64,000 nucleotides of DNA from Callorhinchus milii (lineage: Eukaryota), in the NCBI RefSeq assembly GCF_018977255.1, contig NW_024704842.1, positions 1 through 64,000 on the forward strand, written 5' to 3'. Both the position numbers and the translations under genes were made by a program. Every line of letters starts with the position of its first letter. Within the stretch, counting starts at the first letter, position 1. Positions 13,749 through 25,846 of this stretch are shown here, one piece after another. Under the pieces are notes generated by a model that was given only the letters and a program-made list of their open reading frames with translations, ran no database searches and was not told the DNA's origin.

Positions 13749-15165
13749 TACCATGTGGATTCCTGTAGCTCAGTAGTTGGAGCACTCGCCCCGCAAGAGA
13801 GATCAAGGAGAGATCTGGGTTTGATTCCTGGCAGTAAAAGTAGGAATTCTGGTTTTAGTCGATTAGCGGATTTAATAATTACGGTTTAATCATTCATTTA
13901 AGATAATAATATTAAAAATCTATCAGTCGCTTTATCCAATGGGACACTGATGTGTGAAATTGGCTGCTTTTTACCCACAGAATATGCAGATAATTCGATG
14001 AGAGTATATCCTCTGAAGCGCTTTGAGTCGTCTCGATGATGTGATTTGGCACTATAATCAAATGCAAGGATTATTATGAAATACGATGTCGCTGTTATCA
14101 CAGAAATAACTTCAAATATCTTACTTTCTGGGCGAAACTGCCCATGCACTTCTTTTCCTCTGGTTTTTAATCAGTAATAAAACATAAATAACAACTTATA
14201 TTATTACTTAGCGCCATTCAAAACTGGATAATTAAGGCGGGCAGAGAATAATTTGCCGTCAAGTGTCTCCAATTGCACACTGGATATAACCACACTCCAC
14301 CAGCAGATGGTGTACTAATCACATATAAAACACGAGTTGCACCTTATAAAACATGTCAGGTTCCTTTCTGTAACTAACTTCCTTGGTAGGAATAACAGAT
14401 GCTTCCTGTAACGGTTGACATTGGTTCCCTCATACAAACTATTGCTGCTTCAACTGAAATGTACAAATGTTTCTCCAAAGCATTAACACAAGGCTGAGTT
14501 TGCTCAAGAAAAAAATTCTGTTGCACTTTTTCTATTTTATTGTCGCTATCTCAAATAAGCAGCCGCCTGTAAGTGGATCTCACTGCAGTAATCAAACGGC
14601 TAGACTTTGTTAAGGACAATATTGACGTTTGTTTTCGTTTGTTTGGGTAGAAAATTGAAACTAAGCTTGTTTCATTTAATTTAGGAATTGATTAACTTTC
14701 TTAGGTATACGTTCCCTGGCTTTTGACGTAGTTCCATGCAGGACTGTTCAGCAATAATAATAATACTCCTTGCGTTTAATATCGTGCCTTTCATGTTTGA
14801 GGTGGGAGAAAAGAGGAAATTGTCAGCTAATGTAAATTAAGTTATACAATAGGCAATTTGCACATCCTAATTTCACCAAAAATAGTGATAAACAGAGTGA
14901 TGGCTTTTATCTGTATCCAAAAAGCTGTATGTTCTGTTACTCTCAGATCGAATTCCATATCCACACCTTCACCTTTAAATTTCTATATAGTTATTTTCAA
15001 TCCCACCACTGTGATATCATGCAAACCAACAAATCAGGTCTTCATTTCAGTGTAAATCCTGTCACCATATCGAATTGGCTCGAAGGAAATACACTCGCAC
15101 CTCCCCCCAGAAAATGAACTGTGACACTTTACCTTCCCTACAAGGTTGAGCACTTGAATAGGAAC

Positions 15166-15669
15166 AACACCAACAACAAGATTCCATTTATAGAGCGACT
15201 TTAACGTCGGGAGGACGTCCCAAGGCGCCTTACTGTTGGGTCAGGACCCGAGAAAAGTGGAATGGTCAGGGTGAGGGGGGGGAAGGGAGGGAGCGAGGAG
15301 CGGGTAGAGAGTCGAGAGGGGAGTTGAACGCACGGTCAAAGAGAAAGGTCTTGAGACCCACCTTGAAGGAGGAAAGGGAGGAAGCGGCTAAGGCACTGGG
15401 GGATAGAGTTCCAGAGCCTGGGGGCTGAGAGGCTGAAGGTCCGGCCACCTATGGTAGGGCGTTTGGGGCGGCGGATGTGGAGCAGACCGGAGCCAGAAGA
15501 ACGGAGGGTACGGGCAGATAAGTAGGTTGATAGTAGGTCAGAGAGGCAGGAGGGAGCAAGGCCCTGAATGGCCATGCAGGTGAGGATGAGGATCTTGGTT
15601 TCGATCCTCTGGGGGATGGGGAGCCAGCGGAGGCGAGCGAGAGTGGGAGTGATGTGGTCACGAAGCCTT
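15166..15669 (-). mobile_element. L2-clade LINE 3' fragment
   Basis: ORF2 C-terminus (..GLAPSCLSDLL..LRSSGSGLL..PRLWNSIP..FKVGLKTFLF) plus 3' tail. Confidence 0.9.
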
Positions 15670-16318
15670 TACTGTGACTTTACTTTACTTAACTTTCCTG
15701 TGCGGGACAGTACACGAGGAATTGAGGTCTTAGTTATTTAGTGTCACGTGTCTCAGAGCCGTACGCCTCCGATCAGCACCAATATATTTCCACGGAAGAT
15801 CTCAGCTGTGGGTTGAGTGATGGTGATGGAGGGAGGCGGTGAGTGTCTGGCACTCACTGCCATTTTAATAGGTAACAATTGTAAATCTTTCAATCAGTTG
15901 TCAAACTCAGTTTACTGAAACGGTTTCTTTTATAGCCTGGTTTTATTAATCATAATAATTATTATGTTGGCGTCTGATACAGCGCGTCAACATGTCAACA
16001 GTATATGCTTCAAAGAACGTACTGTAATGTGCAGTGACTGCCAATTTCGTCCAGTAATGTCCCCTACATTATCAATGATTTTCTGAACAGAAGTTAAAAG
16101 TCTTTTATTTTTGAAGGGGATATTATCCCCGGAAAGCGATCTGCTAATTGTATAACAAACAGTTTTATACGTACGGCTGGGTAACCACGGGTGTGTGCGT
16201 TAAGCAAACTTGCCTAAGATTGTGCCTGTCCTGTCTGGGAATCGAACCCGTGTCGTATCTCTTGCGTGGCGAGGGCTCTAACCACTGAGCCAAAGGACTC
16301 CACGTTCGTTTCTTTCAG

Positions 16319-16626
16319 GCCTGACCCAGGGAGACTCTGTGACAAAGAAGGTGACTTCAATGACTGGGAAATAAGAAGGAACTGTGACCATGGAATGTCA
16401 TTATGATACGTCTCTGAGCAGTTACTATTTACACTGGTATCGAGAACAACAAGAAACACAACCACAGTATGTGCTTAAAAAGCATTCTGATGGTTACACA
16501 GATACTGCAGAATTTGCTAAAAAGCGGTTCATTGCTCAATTCCAGACCGCGAAAAAATTCAGCCTTTTAACCATCTCCCTGTTGGAGCTGTCTGACAGCG
16601 CTGTGTATTACTGTGCTCTCGACCCA
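16319..16626 (+). pseudogene. TCR alpha/delta V pseudogene 8
   Basis: In-frame TAA at 16372-16374 in FR1, otherwise a canonical V (MEC..YLHWYRE..DSAVYYC). RSS: CACAGTG 16627-16633, 23 bp, ACAAAAACT 16657-16665. Degenerate leader at ~15785-15838. Confidence 0.9.
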
Positions 16627-17448
16627 CACAGTGATGGGAACCAGTCAGAGACTCGTACAAAAACTGACGGTGTTTAGTGGGTTTGTGTTTCTGTCTCTCT
16701 CTCTGCCGCAGCAGCGATTTCCTGTGGGAAGGGAGACGAGAAAAAGACACAACAAGCAGGCACATTGACAGCACATGTGAGTCACAAAAACAACTCAATC
16801 ACCCGACGATGTCAACGACTTTTGCCATAACCTTGGTTAAGGTACACACCTGTTTCCAATTCCCGACAGCGCGAAATGTTGGGCAAGTTTGCATAATGCA
16901 CAAACCTCTGTTTAGCTGTAGGTAGGAACCTGATGGTTTTATCACCGTTAAAATTCCTAAAAAAAATTATAATAAATAATTTGGTCACTCAATGGACGAC
17001 TGTTTACTGCCCACTGTTGTATGCAATTGGCTGACAATTTTCGCGCACAGAACATACAGTCACCACACTTCATTATGTATTCTTTGAAACGCTTTGAGAC
17101 GTATGGATGATTTCATAAGATGCTACAGAAAATGGAAGAATTATTATTATATTATCATTATGATCAGCCTTCCAGTTAGGGCTTTGGATTGCAGTGTTAA
17201 GAGGAGCTGAGTGGGAGGATTCCTGTTATTGTTATGGCTTCAATGATTAAAATAAGATGAGTGGGAGGATTCCCTGCACCCAGGGACTGTTGAAAGCCGA
17301 TGTATAAAAGCAATTGGTTGTTGTGTTGAAAGGCGGCTGAGATGCCAATGAGGTGAAGTGAGACTGCGGCTCCGCCAATACCGACAATCACTGCGGGTTA
17401 TCAGCAAACTGATGCTACAGACACAACCACACAGACTGAAGAGCAGCA

Positions 17449-18439
17449 ATCAGGCTGTTTGCTGTCTGTCTGGTGCTGGGAACCTTTATATCAGGTGAGG
17501 CCGTGTTGAGCTAATTCAGTGTTGTTGCTGATCATCAGCTCCATTTCAACAAAAGTTGGCAGTGGGAGAACTATGCAGAAAGATTTACGCACTCGCCTCG
17601 CTAATCGAGAAGACTTGGGTTAATTCCCTAACAGGATAAATCGAAACGTTATTCAAGTTTCCATACTTCCCTCACACACCTCTATTTACCTAACAATAAG
17701 TAGGACACTGCTCGCCTCATCACCTGCTTGACATAAAGGATTATATTATAATCGAAATAATAATAGATTCTCCAACGTTTTTAGCGGATTGGTGGATCTC
17801 TTTTCCAGGGACAAAGTACATTCAAAATTAAAAATAATAATTTGACAACTCATTCCACGAGTAACTGTGGGACATTGCAGTGCACAGTTGGTTGCTGCCT
17901 TTCACGAATGAAAATACACTGCAATTCACCTTACAGTTTAATATGTGTAGAACTTTCAGACCTCACAACATTGTGATAAACTGCTGCGTAAAATATATTG
18001 ACAATTTTATAGACAAATGAACTATGCATATCGCCTTTATCATCCAGATAACGTCCCAAGTCGCTGAAAAAATAATTGGGAAAAATAGTGGGTAACAAAT
18101 TTCCGTTTGCTTCCATGTTTATTACAGAACTCTGTGATGGGTCACTTTCAGTCAGAAACTTGCCCAGATAGTAAGGAATGAAAGAGAAACTGCGACTTTT
18201 GAATGTACCTTTTCCACGAATGGAAGCCAGTAACATCTCTTACGGTACCGATATTACCGAGAAACGCACCCAGAGTTTATAGCTGTAAGATATTCTTGGA
18301 AAAACAATCAAGAAAGAGGAAAAGGATTTGGTGAGCGTTTCTCCGCACAGCTATACAAATCTAGTTCCTTCACCAGTTTATCCATCTCTGAGCTGGTGGT
18401 GTCTGACAGCGCTGTGTATTACTGTGCCTTTAGTCTCAC
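17449..18439 (+). pseudogene. TCR alpha/delta V pseudogene 9 (paralogue of V14/V17)
   Basis: Leader start codon ATG changed to ATC at 17449. V exon from 18128 has a frameshift, a stop and Trp to Arg. RSS: CACATTG 18440-18446, 23 bp, ACAAAAACT 18470-18478. Confidence 0.9.
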
Positions 18440-18915
18440 CACATTGATAGACTGCACTGCAATTGTCGCACAAAAACTGCCTTCACTTTGTACATAGGGA
18501 TGATCTGTCCGCTGAAGTGTGTGTGGAAGCTTGGTGAGGCCTTGAGACCAAGCGGGGAGCAAACACGTCTGGACTCAGAGGAAACCACATTCCCCTCACA
18601 TCAACTTGTCAGCTAAACGTTTATATCATTATCTGTCACAATGAATGCAGACAACAACTAATGACCGAGTTAGGCGTTCCAGGCGCTGTTGCTCTAGGTT
18701 TACTTCCGTTTGCAAATAAAATAAAAGCCAATCCTGTTTTTGTTTTGTTTTCTGTTTATTTGCACGGAGCCGTGTGGCGGAGTGGGAACAACACTCGTCT
18801 TACAAACGAGAGGACCCTAGTTCAATTCCGGGTCTTGTGAAACCTTAGGCAAGTTTCCTTACTCCACACACAGACCGCTGTTTATCCAGCAGCAATAAAC
18901 CACCCGGGTGTAGAT

Positions 18916-18954
18916 GACAGTGAAAGACTGCACTGCAAGTCTCGTAAAAAAACC
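18916..18954 (+). other. Orphan 23-RSS with no V coding segment
   Basis: GACAGTG + AAAGACTGCACTGCAAGTCTCGT (22/23 identical to the V17 spacer) + AAAAAAACC, followed by V14/V17-type 3' flank. Upstream sequence is SINE-derived rather than V. Confidence 0.8.
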
Positions 18955-21900
18955 GCCTTCACTTTTGTAGAGAGGCAAATTCCGTCACTTTAACTGTATG
19001 CAGAACCTTGGTCAGGCCTTGAAGCTACACAGCGAGCAGATACGTCTGCAGCCAGACACAGAGGAAAACACATTCACCTCACGTCAACTTGTCAGGTAAA
19101 CGTTCAGATCATTATCTGTCGCAATAAACGCAGACAACAATTAATGAATGCGTTCGGCATTGGTCCAGTTTCTATTGAATTGTTTCAGTTTGCAACGTGG
19201 AGTATTGTATCTGAGGGTTAAAGCATTCGCCTTGCAATCGAGACACCTGGATTCAATTCGCGTCAAGCCGTAACCTTCAGCAAGATTCCTTGCTCCACAC
19301 GAACGATAAAAATTCCATCTAAACAAAATCAACCCTAAATAGGAAATTTTCAATCCAGGACTATTTGTGGGACACAGCTGTTCGCAATTGGCTGCCGAAT
19401 TTTGTCCACAAGTGGACGGTCAATTCAGTTTAGAGCATATTCTGTGAAGCACATTGAGACGAATTGAAGACGTGAAAAGCGCTGTATCAAAAGCAAAGCT
19501 TATTATTATTATTACTTAGTGCGTGTGAGGCGGAGCCTCAATACCTGTGCGTCTCAGTGACTGACAGCGGGGTGTTACACTACTCTGAACCTCAGGTGAT
19601 ATAAGCCACTGGATACCACAACATATTGTAAATTTCATCATTGCTTTATGTTAAATTCTGCTTAAAACATGAAGCACAGCTGTACTGTTACATGTTGGCC
19701 AATAGAGAGCGACAAGCTACTGTTTTTTTCGAACTCATCAAGACGTTAACATTTCAGGCCATCTGAATCAGCGAGTTTATCATTTGAATCTTTAATCAAC
19801 ATGGCGATCCAAAGTAATTTATATTTAAATTCGAGAGAATTTGCAAGAGAAAGGTATATGCGTTCTTGGGATGAGACCAACCGCCTTTCCTAGCTTATCA
19901 AACCATTAAAAAAAACAATGTAATCGCCTAATGCACTGCTATTTGTTAGACTTCTGTGGGCAATTGGCAGCCGGGTATCTGCCACAATATATACAGTCAA
20001 TAAACTTTGAAGTATATTCTGTGAAGTGCTTGGAGCTTCGAGCTGTCTCGAATTCTCAACGAGACACTGTAACAAATGCAAAGGTTGTTAATATCATTAT
20101 TATTAGACTGATTATTACTTGTCTGCCTGTTCAGTTCAACGTTAAATATAGTCCTGCACTCAATGGATGCCTGTGTATTTCTAACCCAATTTGCTCGATT
20201 GTTAAATCCACTCATCCCGAACCAACACCTAAACTGTTATTCTCCTTGAACACCGTCAGATTTTGCCATATAATAATACAACAGAACTGACTTTCACAAA
20301 GCAGCTTTCATGTCGTGAGGACGTGTCATTGGGGCTGAGCACTACAAATAATTTGTCGTCCTGTAACTCAGTGGTTAGAGAACTAGTGTCGCAAGCGGGA
20401 GAACCTGGGCTCGATTCCCGGGCAGGGAGAAACGTCCGGCAGTTTCCTTAGTACACACATGACTTTGCTTACCTTATTGTATGTAGGAAACCATATCTTC
20501 TTTCTTTGACAGATCGGTTTCCCGGTGGCAACAATCCTTTAAACAATAAAACAAATATATTGTTTTTCTGTAAAAATTCAATAAATAAACTAGTAGATTA
20601 GTAATCCAGTCACTCAATCCAAGACTGTCCGTTGACTGCTCTATCTTCAACACAAAATATAAAGTCAATCAACCTTTCAGCCTCCTCTTCAAACCCACTA
20701 AATTAACCGAATGCTCAAGACCAATGACAGTCGTCAAAAAGATTAATAATGATCGTACTCCTTCAATTGTATACAGTGCCTCATCAAGTCATCGAGGCGT
20801 CACAAAGTGCTTCACAGAATCCACTGTAAAGTGTAGTGACTGTTTATTTTGTAGGCGAGAAGTGGCGCACAATTTGAGCGTTTACCTAAAAAAAGCTCTG
20901 TCCTACACACACTCATGGGTTAAGTAATCAAATTGTTATTATTATTATTCTGTCGGAAATGTTATTGCTGGAAAACGATCCAACATTCAACAAACAAGCG
21001 GTTTCATACTGCTTTAAACAGTAAAGAGAGGTGTGTGTTTGAATATGTGTTTTTGTCTCTGTGTGAGACTGTGTGTTTGGAGCATTTAAACTAAACTAAT
21101 GNNNNNNNNNNNNNNNNNNNNNNNNNNNNNNNNNNNNNNNNNNNNNNNNNNNNNNNNNNNNNNNNNNNNNNNNNNNNNNNNNNNNNNNNNNNNNNNNNNN
21201 NNNNNNNNNNNNNNNNNNNNNNNNNNNNNNNNNNNNNNNNNNNNNNNNNNNNNNNNNNNNNNNNNNNNNNNNNNNNNNNNNNNNNNNNNNNNNNNNNNNN
21301 NNNNNNNNNNNNNNNNNNNNNNNNNNNNNNNNNNNNNNNNNNNNNNNNNNNNNNNNNNNNNNNNNNNNNNNNNNNNNNNNNNNNNNNNCAGACGGACAAG
21401 GAGATCGACAAGCAGACCGACAGGTTGACAGACAGAAAGACAGACAGAGAATTCCAGAGGCACAGACCAATAATAACATTTCTGATAAATACAGCAACTT
21501 ATGTCTTTGTGACGTCTTAAAGCGCTTCACGGGATATAGTGTACACTAAACATCCTTATGACTTCATCGTCTTCCCCGCTACGGGCCATACAGCCCCTCC
21601 ATTCCTTTATCACCCTCTCTGATACCCACGGCTCTTACAAATGCCCCAAACCTACAATCGAACTCCCCGCTGCTTTGAGCGGCCTCCACACCCAGCTGCT
21701 GGTCACTGTAATAAAACTCACTCCAAGTCACTGGTGTACTAGTTGCTTTTTTATGTGTCTTTCCGAACTCTCAGTGAAGCCCCTCTCAATATCACACACC
21801 CTTTGACCCAATCCGAGTGTCTGCATGTAATTCCTCCCATTGGCTCCTCGTCATTTGTCCATTTAATCCTGACTGAGTTGTCAACAGTCACACCCAAACA

Positions 21901-22139
21901 CCCCCTCTTCTGCTCCAAGCTCTCGGGCACAGATAGTCAGTACCTTTCCTAATGTATGTTCTTCCGCTCCGCCTCCAAACCAACCACCGCCAATCCCTCA
22001 AAGCTGCTGATACCAGCCATGATGTGACGCTGTTCAACACAAATAAACCCAGTCTCCAACGCTCTTACAGAACAGCCCTGTGTTAATCACAGTCACTCTC
22101 AGTTGTCCGGGGCTGACGGTATATCCCAGCGGTGAGAGA

Positions 22140-22863
22140 ATGTCTCTCCTCTGTGTGTCCATCTCCTTCCTCTTCTTACAATGTAAGTGTTTCTATTACA
22201 CAGAACCAGTGGATGTCATCATAACAGTATGCGATAAACTACTACTAATAATAATCCTTGAATTTGATATATCGCATATCGACATCGAAGAACCGTCACA
22301 ACGCGCTTCACTGAATATATTGTAAAGTGAACTGACTATCTTTTTTGTGGTCGAAACGTGGCAGCCGTTTGGTATAAAATGTATTATCATAGCCGTATTT
22401 CATCATTTATAAAATTGTTTAGGTAAATTAATTTTGTAACTATATTATATATAAAGATTAGATTATATCAATTGATATCAACTAAGACAAGCCAAGGGTA
22501 GGAATGTAACTTGATGAGAAGTGGTCAGTGTTGAAGATCTTTTTAACTAATGATATGTAATATATAATTTTCAGATGTTTTCAGTGCTTCAGTAAATCAG
22601 ACGCCATCTTCTGTTAGGAAACAAGAATGCGAGCCTTTGACTATCACTTGTGTCTTCAAATCGGGATCTAATGACTATTTCCAGACCATGGACTATTTTA
22701 GGCATTTTCGAAACGAGGAACATTGGAAGCCCATCCCTCGTGGTGGACGGTTTGTTGCAAAAACAGACAAGGGATCAAAGACGTCTTCACTAGAAATTAA
22801 TGACTTGCAAGTTGAAGACAGCGCAGACTATTACTGTAAAGATCGTTACGAGTATTGGTATAC
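22140..22863 (+). CDS. NARTCR-V: NAR-TCR variable segment (IgNAR-like V; leader 22140-22182, V exon 22575-22863)
   Basis: Spliced product MSLLCVSISFLFLQYVFSASVNQTPSSVRKQECEPLTITCVFKSGSNDYFQTMDYFRHFRNEEHWKPIPRGGRFVAKTDKGSKTSSLEINDLQVEDSADYYCKDRYEYWY. VNAR hallmarks: VFS/A-V-x-QTP start, no C'/C'' CDR2, GGRF..T..GSK..SL.INDL.VED. Extra FR1 Cys at 22628-22630. RSS: CACAATG 22864-22870, 22 bp, CCAAAAACC. Confidence 0.92.
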
Positions 22864-23243
22864 CACAATGCTTCATCTGGGCTTCCGACACTCCAAAAAC
22901 CCTCTTCACCAACTCACAGCAAAAACACAGAGAATATGAGCCTATCATTGAATTTAATGCACATTCTTCGTTCGTATTTGACGAGTTATGATATATAATA
23001 ACAATTGTTTCGAGAAGCAATCATCATTTATGAATAGATAGGAAAAGAGAGTGTGTATGACTGGACATTGGCTGCCTTTCATATACACAATTTAATCATT
23101 GCAGACAGATGGATTGTTAAGTTCCACTTGGAAAATGTTCAAAAGCACATGGCACGTTATGTCATTCATTGATCATTTCAAAGGCAGAAATAATTTAATT
23201 TTTTTCACAAACCAGCCATTTTGCATTGACATTAAATACTGTG

Positions 23244-23260
23244 TTGGTATTCGGGGAAAC
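23244..23260 (+). other. NARTCR-D: NAR-TCR D segment (17 nt, TTGGTATTCGGGGAAAC) with 12/12 RSSs
   Basis: 5' RSS: CCATTTTGC 23216-23224, 12 bp, TACTGTG 23237-23243. 3' RSS: CACATTG 23261-23267, 12 bp, GCAAATACA 23280-23288. All three frames are open. Spacers satisfy the 12/23 rule with the flanking V and J. Confidence 0.8.
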
Positions 23261-23642
23261 CACATTGGAAAACCTCAGCGCAAATACAGTACCGCTATTT
23301 TCATCATAAAACATTGGACGTGGACACTGATCACTGCGTCCTGTTTTCATTTTGTTCAATGTGTCGAAAGCTTGCTTACGCAATTAATTATTTCAAGCAG
23401 AAATTTCTGGAGTTATTTAAAGAAAGAGGTTCTATGTGTCTTTCACTTTTATTGTGTTTTTGTGGAAATATCATTGAAGCTAAACGTGACTTGGCAGATG
23501 AAAAGTACGGAGAAGTGACAGGGGTGGAGATATAAGAACTAATGATCAATTTGTCAGAATTTGATTATGTTGGTGCCAGTGTGAAACCATGATCTGTAAG
23601 AACAGTTTTAGCACCTTGTAGAACGAGAGTTGAGTGACTGTG

Positions 23643-23699
23643 GTACACGGAGAACAGAATACAAAGATGGATCAGGAACCAAAGTAACTGTAACAAAAC
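23643..23699 (+). CDS. NARTCR-J: NAR-TCR J segment (TRRTEYKDGSGTKVTVTK)
   Basis: RSS: AGTTTTAGC 23604-23612, 23 bp, GACTGTG 23636-23642. GSGT-x-V-T-V motif without the F/W of conventional J, as in IgNAR J. Phase-1 GTGAGT donor at 23700. Confidence 0.9.
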
Positions 23700-25309
23700 G
23701 TGAGTGAGGATAAATGTCATTGACTTAAAACGTAACTTTATTAACCTGCTTTTGTAAAACGTATTATTCGAACTAGTTGCTCCCAATTATCTGCAACCTT
23801 GCTATTTGCATCTGTTCTATTGAAGCAATCCACTTGATCAATCGTGAAAATCTCTATGTTTTTGATGTGGAAAAGATTATTCTGTTTCCACTACGAAGCG
23901 TATGTTCTCAATTGACCTACTTTTATTTCTTTGTTTCGTAAAATCACTGACATTTTCTGGACAGTAATTGCAAAGGGCTATGCGCAGAGGACCTATTCCG
24001 TGTAAATTCGGGTAATCAATATATGTAGCCTTTGTCAGATAGAAATTTTGTCCCTAATCTCCTCTGTCCTCTAGAGGGGAAGGAGAAGGCGTTCTCATCG
24101 GAGCTGAATTGGCTCCAATGTGACATGAGTTGGAAAGACAGATCAATAACTGAGGTTAGCTTCCTTCACCATTCTGCTCCCATTAGACCTGCTGGGAAAA
24201 GTACCATAATGGGTAGGACTCTTCAAGCTGAACGGACATGGAGCGGATTAGTTAGTCAGACAATCTTTTTCATAAAAGCGTGGCAGGACGCTTTCCTGTG
24301 TTGAACAACATGTGAATATTTGATGCAGGCGCAATATCATTTTGGCACAGAATTCACGATTTGGTTAATTTTAATATTGATGGCTTCTGACCCACTTGAG
24401 CAAAGTATAAACATACCATCGTTAATTATTACAGCACAGAATGGGGCCATTCCGACATTTTGAAGAGCTAACATTCAGTCCCTTTCCCCATAGCATTTTT
24501 ACTCATATATTAAGAAATGTATCCTGTGTTGCCAACATATTCGGAGACAGAAAGTACACAGTGCACAAGAGGTGAGTTGTTTCTGTTTATTCTCTCGCTA
24601 GTTCAAAATTGCTGATGTACAGTGTAAATGGTATCCTGGCGCTAAGAAGTATAACTTGCGTTTACATAGTGCATTTTTCCATCTGGAGAGCATTCGAAAC
24701 AAATGCATTGAGCCGGTTCGTGAACGAAAGAAATTCCACTGAAAGAACGACAGAAAGATAAAAGATAAAAAGATGGGAAGAAAGAAAGAAAGAAAGAAAA
24801 GAAAAAAGAAAGAACGAAATAAAGAAAGAGAGAGATAAAGAGAGCGAGAGAGAGAAAGAGAGCAAGGGAGTGACATATACAAAACACTTGACTAATGGCA
24901 CAAGTGGAACTGAAATGAGCAGGTCACAGACTGAGAGCAACTGAATATTGGCAACAAACCAGAGATTAAACCTCCTCCAGCAGCGATGTTAAAGAAACGA
25001 CATTTACAGCAGGAAACTTTCCATTTGCCTCAACTGTAAACCTACCGAGTTCACGGTACAAACTGACACCTGGTTCTCTGCTAAACATTCCCATGATCAC
25101 AGACAACTAAAGCCTCAATGTGGACTTTACCACAGCAAACAAGTATAAGATTAGAAAAACAAAGCTTAATTAAAATGATCCATTTAATACACATCATATA
25201 TGTTGTGATAGACATTGTATGTCTGCACTTTCAAGAGCTACCCATTTTCATACAATCATCTGCTCTTTCTATCATTGTTATTAAAAGCATTCTTACATTT
25301 AGTATAAAG

Positions 25310-25820
25310 AATTTCCAGGCCTTGGGCAGGGAGAAAAGGAAATTTACCAGAATGATTCCTGGGAAGAGTGGACTCATGCTTATGAAGGCAAAAGTGCCTG
25401 AAAATATTGTCCTCAGAGCATCAAAGATATACTGGTGAACTAATGCCAGTGTTGAAACTTGTGAGAGTGTTTTATGGATAAGATAATGTGAAACTGTTTC
25501 CTTACTCAAGAGGGTCAGTAACCACGAAACATAAGTTTAAGATAATTGGTCAAAGGATCAGAGGAGAGTGGAGGAGAATTTAATTCAAATGATATTTGCT
25601 GCTGACTGCAATGCACTGCCGAAAGAGTGGCGGAAACAGATTCGATAATAAATTTCGGAAGGGAATGGGATAAATGCATCATAAGGAATGATACACGGTT
25701 ATGTGGTAAGAGCGGGAAAGTGGGATTCATTTGAATAGCTCATTTCAAAGAGCCGATACAGGAGAGAAGGGCCGAATGTCCTGATTATGTGCTGCAAATT
25801 TCCATAATTCCATGATTCTA
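25310..25820 (+). mobile_element. Degraded CR1 LINE 3' fragment immediately upstream of the supporting V acceptor
   Basis: Remnant ..RKFTRMIPG.., TTCCTTACTCAAGAGGGTCAGTAACCACG, and the typical GGGCCGAATG..CATGATTCTA terminus. Confidence 0.7.
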
Positions 25821-25846
25821 AGTAACCTGTAATTTGCATCCCGCAG

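Noticed and set aside
21102-21388. ORFs spanning N runs (also 35-165 and 949-1270)
   Set aside because: Assembly gaps; the X-rich translations are artefacts.
24557-24563. Perfect CACAGTG heptamer in the NAR intron as an extra D/RSS
   Set aside because: No nonamer at 12 or 23 bp and no opposing heptamer.
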